From an uncultured Gammaproteobacteria bacterium (GTDB taxonomy: Bacteria > Patescibacteriota > Microgenomatia > UBA10105 > UBA927): DNA of 64,000 nucleotides. Below, piece by piece: positions 35,590 through 45,000 of this stretch. The position numbers and the translations under genes are program-made. Under the pieces are notes generated by a model. That model worked only from the letters and a program-made list of their open reading frames with translations. It was not told where the DNA came from and did no database searches. The stretch lies in NCBI GenBank assembly GCA_964629685.1, contig CAZVTT010000001.1, forward strand, positions 244,603 through 308,602. The letters are read 5' to 3'. Positions within the stretch are counted from its first letter, which is position 1, and every line of letters begins with the position of its first letter.

Positions 35590-36341
35590 TGAAAGCGATT
35601 GTGCTGGCCGGAGGTTTTTCCACACGGCTTTATCCGTTAACCGAATATTTTCCCAAAGCGTTGCTACCGGTGGGGGGTAAAGCCATACTTTCTTATACGC
35701 TGGATCAACTCGTGCGGATAAAACGGATAGACGGCATTGCGGTGATTTCAAATCATAGATATTCAGGCATTTTTAAGCCATGGCTTCGCGCGGAGTACGG
35801 GAAAAAAATCAGACTGTTCGACAATATGGTAAGCGATCCTGGGAAACGATTGGGATCAATTGGGGATTTGCTCTATGTGCTTACGCATACTGGTTGGCAT
35901 GACGATATTATCGTGGTGGCGAGTGATACGTTAACATCATTGTCTCTGTCAGAGTTTATTTCATTTTTTTATAAGCATAAGGGAGTCGTAACTGCAGTAA
36001 ATAAAACATCGGATCCGTCTATAATTGCCGGGAAATTAGGGTGTGCGCTTATTGACGGAACAAGACTTGTTGCGTTCGTGGAAAAACCTGAAGTTCCGCA
36101 ATCATTATATACCGGAGTACCGTTCTATATTTTCCCGCGGAAAGTGCTTTCTCTTATCCGGCAATATTTTGATGAAGGGAACGCTACGGATGCACCGGGG
36201 TCCTTGCTTCCATGGTTGTTAAAGAAAGTACCTGCGTTTGCATTTGATGTGTCAGGGTATTACTACGATGTAGGTACGCTGGATATGTATAACACCGTTT
36301 CCGGCTCTGCTCTACAATTCTCCGAGTATAAGGTAAAATAG
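35589..36341 (+). CDS. sugar-phosphate nucleotidyltransferase (NTP-transferase domain)
   Basis: N-terminal motif MKAIVLAGGFSTRLYPLTEYFPKALLPVGGKAIL. TAATG overlap with the photolyase stop. Confidence 0.6.
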   Translation: MKAIVLAGGFSTRLYPLTEYFPKALLPVGGKAILSYTLDQLVRIKRIDGIAVISNHRYSGIFKPWLRAEYGKKIRLFDNMVSDPGKRLGSIGDLLYVLTHTGWHDDIIVVASDTLTSLSLSEFISFFYKHKGVVTAVNKTSDPSIIAGKLGCALIDGTRLVAFVEKPEVPQSLYTGVPFYIFPRKVLSLIRQYFDEGNATDAPGSLLPWLLKKVPAFAFDVSGYYYDVGTLDMYNTVSGSALQFSEYKVK

Positions 36342-36345
36342 TCGG

Positions 36346-37266
36346 ATGGTAGATATAACCAAACCGATTAAAGGTCTTAGTGCACTTATACTGGCAACTT
36401 CCATGTACGGTTTCTTCGGAATCCTTTCGAGGTGGGTAGGATATAGTATCCCGTTGTTTTACCAAAACCTTATCCGCTCGTTAATTGTGGTTGTGTTGTT
36501 CGGAATATACATGTTGGTTAAACAAAGTTGGCTCCGGATTAACCCCCAAGTATTATTGTGGTTATCGGTAAGATCCCTGGCCGGTACCATAGCATTTTTA
36601 ACATTTTTTATTGCAATGAATGAAATGCAGATAAGCACTGCGTATTTTGTATTTTACGTCGGCTGTGTGATCGGCGGGTATACCCTGGGGATGCTACTTT
36701 TTAAAGAGAAAATTACGCGCATAAAGATTATTTCTTTGGTAATCGCGTTGGCTGGTCTGGCCATTATCTTTAAATCCGGTTTAGAGTTTAGCAGTATTTT
36801 ATGGGTGGCAATGGCGATTATATCCGGTTTAAGTACTTCCGTATGGAATGTAATTGCGAAGAAAATTCCGGAATCGTATTCCATATCCCAAATAAGTGTG
36901 GTGGACAATGTCTTTGCCGCGGGTTTTTCTATTATCGGATCTTTGGTTATGAAAGAAATTTGGATAATACCTGAATTTACGCAGCCGTGGTTGGCTAATT
37001 ACGTACTGGCGTTTTTCTGGACAATTACTCCGATTTTGGTAATTACCGGCTTTAGGGCGCTGGATGCGAGTGTGGGTAGTGTCGTGATGTTAATGGAAAT
37101 TGTATTTGCATCATTATGGGCATTTCTCCTTTTTGGTGAAGGTTTAACTCCTCTAACATTTTTTGGTGGTATATTGATTATTGCTGCTATTATTATCCCG
37201 GAATATCGGCCGTTAATAGGCTTTATTAAGCCACTCTTCAATAAGTCTCGCCGTAAAAACGGTTGA
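36346..37266 (+). CDS. EamA/DMT-family transporter
   Basis: 306 aa with 10 hydrophobic helices arranged as two EamA-like halves. Confidence 0.55.
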   Translation: MVDITKPIKGLSALILATSMYGFFGILSRWVGYSIPLFYQNLIRSLIVVVLFGIYMLVKQSWLRINPQVLLWLSVRSLAGTIAFLTFFIAMNEMQISTAYFVFYVGCVIGGYTLGMLLFKEKITRIKIISLVIALAGLAIIFKSGLEFSSILWVAMAIISGLSTSVWNVIAKKIPESYSISQISVVDNVFAAGFSIIGSLVMKEIWIIPEFTQPWLANYVLAFFWTITPILVITGFRALDASVGSVVMLMEIVFASLWAFLLFGEGLTPLTFFGGILIIAAIIIPEYRPLIGFIKPLFNKSRRKNG

Positions 37267-37297
37267 CGCATTTCCGTTAACGCAGTACGCTCGATAT

Positions 37298-37777
37298 ATG
37301 CAAAAGTTAAAGATCGGTTGGTTTTCATTCTCCTGTTGTGAAGATTCCACAATTATTTTTACTGAAATGCTGAATGAGCATTACAAAACCTGGCGCGAAC
37401 TGATAGATTTTAGGTCTATATTGGTCCTTCAGCGACGGGAGGATTTATCCGAATTTGATGTAGCGTTTATAGAGGGCGCTATTACTTCGGCGGAGCAGGA
37501 AGAAAAAGTAAAAAAAATTCGTGGTGTCAGCAAAAAATTAGTCGCAGTTGGCAGTTGTGCTGTCGCCGGCATGCCGTCAAATCAACGCAATTTTTTCGAT
37601 GAGCAGACCAAACATGAGATAGAAGCCATAATTGCCAGATTCTCCTATGCACCCATGGTAAAAAAAGTGGCGGATGTCGTATCCGTTGACGATATGGTCC
37701 CGGGATGTCCCATGGACGAGCATCGATTTTTGGCGGTAGTGGAAAAATATCTGAAAGAATTCGGTGTAACAGCCTAG
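37298..37777 (+). CDS. [NiFe]-hydrogenase small subunit (short cytoplasmic type, NuoB/Oxidored_q6-like)
   Basis: Cys cluster residues (FSCCEDS...GSCAVAG...PGCP). No twin-arginine signal. 159 aa with no C-terminal cluster domain. Stop is 1 nt before the large-subunit start. Confidence 0.6.
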   Translation: MQKLKIGWFSFSCCEDSTIIFTEMLNEHYKTWRELIDFRSILVLQRREDLSEFDVAFIEGAITSAEQEEKVKKIRGVSKKLVAVGSCAVAGMPSNQRNFFDEQTKHEIEAIIARFSYAPMVKKVADVVSVDDMVPGCPMDEHRFLAVVEKYLKEFGVTA

Positions 37778-37778
37778 T

Positions 37779-39074
37779 ATGACAACATTTGATTTAACCA
37801 TTAACGAAATATCCAAGATTGAAGGTAAGGCACAGCTCACGGTTCGGGTAAAAGACGATAAGGTAGAAGAAGTTAAGTTTGCGATTACCGAATATAAACG
37901 GTTCTATACCCAGGCATTAAGAGGAAAAGATGTACTTGGATTGCCGCAGCTGAGTTGCCGGATTTGCGGTACATGTTCCAATGCTCATCTACTCTGCGGA
38001 ATCATAGCCGCCGAACAGGCGCTTGGCATACAGCCTTCGCTGCAATCACAAATACTCAGGCGGTTGGTAAATTACGGTCTGTTGATCCGTGATCACGGGT
38101 TGCACTGTTTTGTATTTGCCCTGCCCGATATTTTAGGTATAGATAATATTCTGGATCTGGATGAATCCAAGCCTGAAGAGCGGCAGATACTGGAAGATAC
38201 GTTTGCCGTAAAAGCTGCCGGAAATAAATTAAGCGTACTCGCCGGCGGACGCAGCGTACACGCTCCATATCCGACTGTCGGAGGATTTACCAAATTACCG
38301 AATTCCGCAGATTTTCCCGCCATGATTACCCAATTGGAATCAATCCGTCCCGCAGTCATCCGGTTGATTGGCCTGTTTTCCCAGTCAACGTTTACACTCG
38401 AGCAGGATGTGGAATTTATGGCACTGCTGGATTCCGATTATTCTTTCCTGGGTGGAACCGTGTATACCAGTAATGGGGAGCAGCTAACGCAAGAGCAAAT
38501 AGGCGGTTATTTTGAACATGTAGCTATTCCGTACTCCCACGCTTCCGGATATACGATGAAAGGAAAATTATATTTTACCGGAGCATTGGCAAGATTAAAT
38601 TTGGGAAAACAATTTTTGCATCCGAACACCCAACGTGATGCGTCCGGAGCGTTAGCGTTGTTTCCGTCAAAAAATATTTATCATAATAATATTGCGCAAG
38701 CTATAGAAATTCTTCATGCCATAGACGCATCAATAGATATTTTGCGTTCGCTTACCATAACGCCGGAACGTCCGGGCATGCTCGAACGTAAAGCCGGAGA
38801 AGGAATCGGTATGCTGGAAGCTCCGCGTGGTTTGTTGTATTACAAATTGAAGCTCAGTGAGCAGGGGAGATTGGACGATATTCAGATTATAGTTCCTACC
38901 GGTCAGAACCAAATAGTTATAGAAAAAAGTTTACTCACGTACTTTCAACAAAATTTTAATTTGCCGCGGGAAAAGCTTACTGCAGAAGCCGAGAAGATCG
39001 TGCGTGCCTATGATCCGTGCATGAGTTGCGCTTCGCATTTCCTGAAAGTTAAATGGATTGAAGCAAAGACGTAA
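37779..39074 (+). CDS. [NiFe]-hydrogenase large subunit
   Basis: N-terminal Ni-binding motif RICGTCSNAH and C-terminal DPCMSCASH, followed by an 11-aa tail (FLKVKWIEAKT) expected to be removed by the maturation endopeptidase. Confidence 0.85.
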   Translation: MTTFDLTINEISKIEGKAQLTVRVKDDKVEEVKFAITEYKRFYTQALRGKDVLGLPQLSCRICGTCSNAHLLCGIIAAEQALGIQPSLQSQILRRLVNYGLLIRDHGLHCFVFALPDILGIDNILDLDESKPEERQILEDTFAVKAAGNKLSVLAGGRSVHAPYPTVGGFTKLPNSADFPAMITQLESIRPAVIRLIGLFSQSTFTLEQDVEFMALLDSDYSFLGGTVYTSNGEQLTQEQIGGYFEHVAIPYSHASGYTMKGKLYFTGALARLNLGKQFLHPNTQRDASGALALFPSKNIYHNNIAQAIEILHAIDASIDILRSLTITPERPGMLERKAGEGIGMLEAPRGLLYYKLKLSEQGRLDDIQIIVPTGQNQIVIEKSLLTYFQQNFNLPREKLTAEAEKIVRAYDPCMSCASHFLKVKWIEAKT

Positions 39075-39432
39075 TTTTTTCAGGAAGCGTTTTCACTTCC
39101 ACACCTGGTGGTATACCAATAATTTTTACTTCCGGTAATTTTCCTAGCTTTCTTAGTAATCCCAGAGTTAAGGGTAAATCATAGTCATGGACGGAAACGC
39201 GCGGAGACAATAAAAAATGTTCTGCGGATGCAAAAACGGTAATACTGTCTATCCCCATTACGGTATCAATCAAAATTATCCGGTTGGTGTTCGCCGATTC
39301 TAGTTCTTCTGTTGGATCGTAATGAATAATCACGTCTTCAGGGAATTCTTCTTTAATCCTCTCGATAAGTGAGAGTGGTAAAGCGTCCGTGGCTTCTATT
39401 TGTGTACCGAGAAAACAGATGAGTCTTGCCAT
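39049..39432 (-). CDS. hydrogenase maturation endopeptidase (HycI/HyaD family)
   Basis: 127 aa. Pattern ...ILIDTVMGIDSITVFASAEH...VSVHDYDLPLTLGLL... is typical of HycI-like proteases. Overlaps the 3' end of the large-subunit gene convergently. Confidence 0.65.
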   Translation of the reverse strand: MARLICFLGTQIEATDALPLSLIERIKEEFPEDVIIHYDPTEELESANTNRIILIDTVMGIDSITVFASAEHFLLSPRVSVHDYDLPLTLGLLRKLGKLPEVKIIGIPPGVEVKTLPEKITSLLQSI

Positions 39433-40166
39433 ATATGCGAGTTTAGCACGGAAAGCGTACTGGTCATGTACTGTTTTAAATTTCTCAGCTTACGCGGAGA
39501 TAAAGACTCGCAGAACTGACCCCAATGGTAGGAAATCCAGTCCCCGGGTTTGATATCCGCCGCAAGTCGGTCATGAACTCCCTGAGTACTCAGATGTCTA
39601 CGTATAGGCTTTCCCCATAGTAAAATACCATTCGTTGATATTATCGGTTTTGTTAATACTGTCAGCGTTTCTTCTGTTTTGTTAAGTACTTTCCCGAAGT
39701 TAATAATGCAGGCATCCATAGTCCGGATAGTGTGCACATCGGGAATATTTCCGGTTCTGCGGTATATGGCTAATACATGAAAGTTGTGAAATGGCAGACC
39801 ACCCGTATCAATGTGTTGCGCTATAGATAGGAGGGTTTTTTTGGGCACTTTTTTAGCAAGCTGTAAATCATCCGTAAGGTGTTTCATGAAGGGAGATAAT
39901 CCCACGTTTTTTAAGAGGGCATTACCTATCCAGTAGGCTTCCACTACTTCGGGATCAAAAGGATCTTTGCGGTTATTTTCCGCTGCGATAAGTTTAAGGT
40001 ACGGGTATAGTGTTCCGAATTGCTCCAGTAATTCTTTTGTACCTAGATCGACTGTGAGATTACCGGAATACCATGCTAAATCCGTTTGTTTCTCCGGACC
40101 GCACAAGGATAGGGAATTGGGGGGATATGCATATCTGCTGGCGAGCAGCATGCCGACGCGGTTCAT
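39396..40166 (-). CDS. hypothetical protein (conserved-looking, 256 aa) lying between hydrogenase maturation genes
   Basis: Long ORF, soluble, no motif recognised. Confidence 0.4.
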   Translation of the reverse strand: MNRVGMLLASRYAYPPNSLSLCGPEKQTDLAWYSGNLTVDLGTKELLEQFGTLYPYLKLIAAENNRKDPFDPEVVEAYWIGNALLKNVGLSPFMKHLTDDLQLAKKVPKKTLLSIAQHIDTGGLPFHNFHVLAIYRRTGNIPDVHTIRTMDACIINFGKVLNKTEETLTVLTKPIISTNGILLWGKPIRRHLSTQGVHDRLAADIKPGDWISYHWGQFCESLSPRKLRNLKQYMTSTLSVLNSHIWQDSSVFSVHK

Positions 40167-41068
40167 AAGCTGGCGGTTTTTGACTGTGCGGTTTTTCCCT
40201 GAGCAAATACTGCAATAAGAACAGTACCCAGAACAGTTGCAGCAAACGGAACGGTTAAAACGGAAGTAATCGGTTGCGACAGAAATAGTACGGATAGAAC
40301 GCCGGTTATGGGTGTAGCCAGTACCAGGAGTGCAGTTGCTACCGTTGCCGGAGCATATTTAAGTGCGGTATACCATGACAGCACATACGCGCTTAAAAAC
40401 ATAATGCTTCCTATAATTGCCGGAAGTTGTGTCGGCGTAACCGCAAAAATTAACGAAGCTTTATTGGTTGTTATAGCAACACAAAGTAAGAATATTGTAC
40501 CAAAAAACATTCTTGCCCAGGAGACTATTCCGGGATCCAATTTTCTGAGTGCATACGCAGAAATCACGTTTTCCACCGACCAGAGCAGCGTTGCTGAGAG
40601 GATCATCCATTCTCCGCGGGTTGCGGTAAATCCGTTAAAGCCGAACAGAACATTACTCCAGAGAATTGCGACATACCCCAGGATCTGCCAGCGATTTAAT
40701 TTTTCTTTAAGATAGGGAATTGCGAGAAGTGCGACCCAGATAAATAAAGTTTTTTGTATAACGTTTGCGTTAAGTGCCGGAACTGTTTTAAGTCCTTCGA
40801 AGAACAGCCAAAAGGGAAGGCCGCCACCGATCAGTCCGATGGCGAGCAGTTTTTTCCAATCGTTAACGGCTAACGTTTTTATAGTATTAACTTTCCCACG
40901 TAGAAGAAGTAAAGCCGTTAGAATAATTGCCACACCGCCGTTTTTTAAAATATTAAATATCAGAGAATCAATTCCTTTAACGACAAATATTTTGTTATAA
41001 AAAATGGAACATCCCGAAATAAATGCCGTGAGTACTGCCAGTGTAATTCCTAATTTTTTATTCATCAT
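40163..41068 (-). CDS. EamA/DMT-family transporter
   Basis: 301 aa with 10 hydrophobic helices. Confidence 0.55.
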   Translation of the reverse strand: MMNKKLGITLAVLTAFISGCSIFYNKIFVVKGIDSLIFNILKNGGVAIILTALLLLRGKVNTIKTLAVNDWKKLLAIGLIGGGLPFWLFFEGLKTVPALNANVIQKTLFIWVALLAIPYLKEKLNRWQILGYVAILWSNVLFGFNGFTATRGEWMILSATLLWSVENVISAYALRKLDPGIVSWARMFFGTIFLLCVAITTNKASLIFAVTPTQLPAIIGSIMFLSAYVLSWYTALKYAPATVATALLVLATPITGVLSVLFLSQPITSVLTVPFAATVLGTVLIAVFAQGKTAQSKTASL

Positions 41069-41273
41069 AGTACGTGTTTAAGTCTTTAATCAGTTTTCTG
41101 ATTTTTAATCCCTGTGTAGCGGATAGTTTTGCTACAACAATATTTCCTATAATCTGTACGTAATCTCCCTGTTTAACCGTAATCTCTGCCCCCAGTGTAA
41201 CAACTTCATTGGTATCGATCAATGCCGTTCCGTTTTTTACTTCCAGTACTTTACGCGGTATGGAGAAACACAT
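41058..41273 (-). CDS. hypC: hydrogenase assembly chaperone HypC/HupF
   Basis: 71 aa. N-terminal MCFSIP (cf. conserved MC(L/A)(A/S)IP) and HypC-like length. Confidence 0.7.
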   Translation of the reverse strand: MCFSIPRKVLEVKNGTALIDTNEVVTLGAEITVKQGDYVQIIGNIVVAKLSATQGLKIRKLIKDLNTYYDE

Positions 41274-41278
41274 AATTA

Positions 41279-42574
41279 CTATTTTACTAAATATTTCCGA
41301 TTATCGCCGGAGTTACCGTTTATATTTCGAAGACAGAGGACGATGTATGTTAAGAGCAAAAATAAACAGACGGGAGGCCAACTGGCCAGTATCGTTTTCC
41401 ACGGTGAAAGCGAATCGACAATGCCGAGAAGCGATAACGGGGTCTGCCATTGTCCGAAAAGCAGCGGTAACACCCCGCAGACAAATAAAGCAGTAAGCAT
41501 ATTCCGTTTATAGTGTATTTGCCGTAGTAGTATAACGGCAAGCGAGAGGGGAACCAGTAAGAGCGGTACGTTCCAGTTCCATGAGAGCGGAAACGTAATA
41601 AATGCAACGATAGTCAGGTAGCCGTACAAAAGAATGAAGGAATGTTGTGAATATTGTTGTTTTAGATGGTTAAGCAATAGCAGGAATATACAGAGAAAAA
41701 TACCTGAAATACCGGTTGCGATTAAGGATATTTCCCCCAGCGGAATGTCCGCAATAAACGGTGTCATACCGGAAAAAGGATACCCGGATATCGGTCGGAT
41801 TATCGTGGCCGCTATCGTCCAGTTATTCGGATCTCCGAGAAAAAATTTTTCATTCGGAATTACGTTTGTACCATATGCCGCGATATTCGGAATACCGAGA
41901 GTAAAAACGGTAATAGCCCAACCGGTAACGAATAACAAGAAACCATTCCGCGCTTCTTTCTTATTACCCGTTATATAAAATCCCAGCAGTAAAATTATCG
42001 GCCATAGTTTTATAAGAGCGGCAAAGCCGAGAATAAGTGCCGCTGTATTTCTGTTTTCTCGCTGATATGCATAGGCACTGAGTGCGAGCAGGAGTAATAA
42101 CACAGATGAAACGTTATGAATGGAATTGGCTATGTGAAACGGATACCAATAATAACTAAAAGCCAGAAAGAACAGAATACCCCTGACGACAGGAGCGTTG
42201 AGAAGTCTAAGTAACAAAATACCGGCGAAGACGTAGGCGCAAATGGAAAATATGTCGAAAATATAATTTGCAGTTTGTTCCGAAAAAAACGTAAACGGAA
42301 TATAGAAAACTACTGAACTGGGGGGATGGGCGCTGTACTGTATATCCGTGGGGAAGGGAATCGTCCAACAACTGATCGGCGTGTAAATGGGTTGTCCGGT
42401 TATAAACCGTTTTGCAGCAACGTAATTTTGACAGAAGTCATTTACCTGATACGTTACCGATTGGAAACTAACTAATACAAATATGACAATCGCAGAAATA
42501 ATGAAATACATTCGGCTAAGTTGAAATACTGATTTCCACATACCTGTATCACCGTAATGGAGAAAGTATAGCAC
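41279..42574 (-). CDS. polytopic membrane protein, GT87/DUF2029-like (putative mannosyltransferase)
   Basis: 431 aa. An N-terminal TM, then DFCQNYVAAKRFITGQPIY (cf. DF..YY.AA..L..G..PY of GT87), followed by more than 10 TM helices. Confidence 0.4.
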   Translation of the reverse strand: MLYFLHYGDTGMWKSVFQLSRMYFIISAIVIFVLVSFQSVTYQVNDFCQNYVAAKRFITGQPIYTPISCWTIPFPTDIQYSAHPPSSVVFYIPFTFFSEQTANYIFDIFSICAYVFAGILLLRLLNAPVVRGILFFLAFSYYWYPFHIANSIHNVSSVLLLLLALSAYAYQRENRNTAALILGFAALIKLWPIILLLGFYITGNKKEARNGFLLFVTGWAITVFTLGIPNIAAYGTNVIPNEKFFLGDPNNWTIAATIIRPISGYPFSGMTPFIADIPLGEISLIATGISGIFLCIFLLLLNHLKQQYSQHSFILLYGYLTIVAFITFPLSWNWNVPLLLVPLSLAVILLRQIHYKRNMLTALFVCGVLPLLFGQWQTPLSLLGIVDSLSPWKTILASWPPVCLFLLLTYIVLCLRNINGNSGDNRKYLVK

Positions 42575-42898
42575 CCGGAGTATGAATTCACCCTTGGATG
42601 GATGACGGAATGACGTCAGTGAATAACCTATAGTTGATTTTGATTGTTATTTATAATACACTTCCAGCTTATCCCCGGCAGAATTTGCTCTGTTCAGGGG
42701 TATAGCACTTTAACGTATCCCGGAAATTGTACGCGCCCTGATGACGTGCGAAAGCAGTTCATGAACTATCGTGTATTGCTGTCGCACGTTTTCTATTGTC
42801 GGATGAAATGATCAACGAACAAAATAACGACAATGCTTTGGCTACGGCTGAAGGGGCGGAGAGGCGTGTAAGCAAGTTAATGATGAAGGGAGTTTACT

Positions 42899-43168
42899 AT
42901 GGCTAATCAACCACCAGTCCCCGTTTCTACGAAGGACAACCCCCGCCTTGCTTTTGAGGTGCCGTCCAATGCCGTCCAGTGTGACGAGTGTGGCGGTTGC
43001 CAGATGACCGATGCCGTCGAGTGTGATGTTTTGGTAATGAAATGCCCCAATGGGCATGTACTTCGCTATTCGATACACGGCGGCGTGACCGAATGCCCCG
43101 AATGTAACGAGGCGATGACCATGCAATCCTGCGGTGGACATCTACACCCGCTCGTCATACACGAATAA
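42899..43168 (+). CDS. small Cys-rich (zinc-ribbon-like) hypothetical protein
   Basis: 89 aa with CDECGGC...C...CPNGH...CPEC. Competes with an antisense ORF at 42842..43141. GC-rich segment. Confidence 0.3.
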   Translation: MANQPPVPVSTKDNPRLAFEVPSNAVQCDECGGCQMTDAVECDVLVMKCPNGHVLRYSIHGGVTECPECNEAMTMQSCGGHLHPLVIHE

Positions 43169-43326
43169 CCAACCGGAGGCCCGCCCCCTCCCAGACAATT
43201 CCCGGATTACCGTCCGTTTTTTAGGCGCATGACGCGAGAAGCATGAAGACAAGTTGAGTACTCCGGTACTATGACCCTAATTCTGTTTACTTGCTTATGC
43301 GCCTTTTTCGTGGTGTTAAATACAAA

Positions 43327-44373
43327 TCAGGCTGCTTTTTGTGCGGGTTTTTCGCCGATCGGCCTGCGGGATGTTACGGAAAACGGGTTATAGTTTTCCC
43401 ATTGGATTTCATTTATCCTTGCCATAATCCGGTCACGTAAAACTGTCGAGCGCTCATCCTGAGTTTTATCCAGCGGAATATAGTGTGCTTCCGTATCGTA
43501 CCGGCTACCGTCCCACTTTTGACCTCCGTTATTCAGGAAATCTACGAGATTCAGTGACTTCACGATATTCCAGAAATCGGCTTCGGTTTTTTGTGTTCGG
43601 ATGGTATCAAATTGTACATGTGCCTGGTCCAGTTTTGCTGTCCGCAATGCATCGCGGATCTGTAAAAACAGTGCTTGCGCTTCCGCAGTGGTGGTATTGG
43701 TTCTGCCATTCTCTGCAGCGCCGTACATAAATACGCTAAAACTGTTATATGCGGATTGCAGTGCTTCCGGATCCCCTGAAGCTAATGCTTGTTCCGCAGT
43801 TACTTTTGTCCGGGAAAACCAGGAAACATTTTTAGCTTCTACAATTGCGGCGATCATGTCGCGGCCATGTGCATGCACGGTCGGATCGGTAATGGTAACA
43901 TGTGCCACCAGATCTTTCTTCATATAGACGGGGTCCGGTATTTCTTCCCAGGTTGTATATTCGGCAGTTCTTACCAATTTTGCTGCACGAATATGTGCAC
44001 GTTCGAACATTTGTTGCGCTTCCGTATACGACGTAGCCTGTAAACGAAGACCTTCTGCCTTATATTCGTCTGATTCCCGCTCGAGTGCGGTTCTGAGGGC
44101 CGCAGTGTAGTCGGTTTGTTCGCTTTCGCTTAATTTGCCACCGGCCAGTTGCAAGGAGAGATGTGATTGTTCAAGAACGACGGATAAATCCGTTTCAGGT
44201 GCAAGTGCAAACCATGCAGGGAATGATTCAGCCAGCAGGGGTTCATTGTTGACTGCGGCTCCAATACTGCGGGCTACAAACCCTTGGGCTTCCGCAACAT
44301 CAATTTTTGCTACTTCTGCAGGAAGCGGACTTGCGGGAGAAAAAATGCGTTCTGCGATTTCTGGTACTGCCAT
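43327..44373 (-). CDS. hypothetical protein (GC-rich, Ala/Glu-rich)
   Basis: 348 aa. Composition is visibly more GC-rich than its neighbours. No motif recognised. Confidence 0.45.
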   Translation of the reverse strand: MAVPEIAERIFSPASPLPAEVAKIDVAEAQGFVARSIGAAVNNEPLLAESFPAWFALAPETDLSVVLEQSHLSLQLAGGKLSESEQTDYTAALRTALERESDEYKAEGLRLQATSYTEAQQMFERAHIRAAKLVRTAEYTTWEEIPDPVYMKKDLVAHVTITDPTVHAHGRDMIAAIVEAKNVSWFSRTKVTAEQALASGDPEALQSAYNSFSVFMYGAAENGRTNTTTAEAQALFLQIRDALRTAKLDQAHVQFDTIRTQKTEADFWNIVKSLNLVDFLNNGGQKWDGSRYDTEAHYIPLDKTQDERSTVLRDRIMARINEIQWENYNPFSVTSRRPIGEKPAQKAA

Positions 44374-44479
44374 AGTATTACCTTTCGATAGAGTATTTTT
44401 ATATTATATGAGTCAGGATTGTAGCATAGAATCAATGTTTTTCAAATTTTAAAGGCATTTACGGTATACTAATCTGCAT

Positions 44480-44950
44480 ATGATTACCTGTCAGTTTGAA
44501 AACGGAACTACTGCCGCATTGCGTCACGTGGTGGTTCATGCGCTTGTGGTTCAAGACGGGAAGTTACTGTTAGTGAAACGGGGAGAAGGGATGTTGGAAG
44601 GGGGAAAATGGGGGTTACCCGGAGGCTTTCTCGATCGAAATGAAACTATATCGCAGGCCGTGCTGCGTGAGTTACGGGAGGAAACCGGTTGGGAGGGTGA
44701 GGTGGTCTCTTTATTACAAATCAATTCGCTTCCCGATCGCCCTCATGAAGACAGACAAAATGTTGCATTCGATTTTATTGTTAAACCGTTACGGCAGACA
44801 GGCAAACCGGATGCGGAATCAAGTGCGGTAGCATGGGTACCTTTAACGGATGTATTACCGTTATCTGAATATGCCTTTGACCACGGAGAATCCATTGCTC
44901 TCTTTCTGAAATACCAAAAGGAATCTTTTCTGTTGCCCTATCTGAGATGA
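44480..44950 (+). CDS. NUDIX hydrolase
   Basis: Nudix box GGKWGLPGGFLDRNETISQAVLRELREETG. Confidence 0.7.
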   Translation: MITCQFENGTTAALRHVVVHALVVQDGKLLLVKRGEGMLEGGKWGLPGGFLDRNETISQAVLRELREETGWEGEVVSLLQINSLPDRPHEDRQNVAFDFIVKPLRQTGKPDAESSAVAWVPLTDVLPLSEYAFDHGESIALFLKYQKESFLLPYLR

Positions 44951-45000
44951 GAGAGAACACCATGTGTTTGCCCTCATAAGTATGGTATGCTCCGGCTACA

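Noticed and set aside
42842-43141. Minus-strand 99-aa ORF antisense to the Cys-rich 42899..43168 ORF
   Set aside because: Both are weak. The plus-strand ORF has regularly spaced Cys pairs typical of zinc ribbons. The minus-strand product is Gly/Ala/His-rich without pattern. Kept plus at low confidence.
43485-44452. Plus-strand ORFs 43485..43730, 43601..43927, 43789..44043, 44135..44452
   Set aside because: GC-rich DNA produces long stop-free frames. They overlap the longer minus-strand 348-aa ORF.
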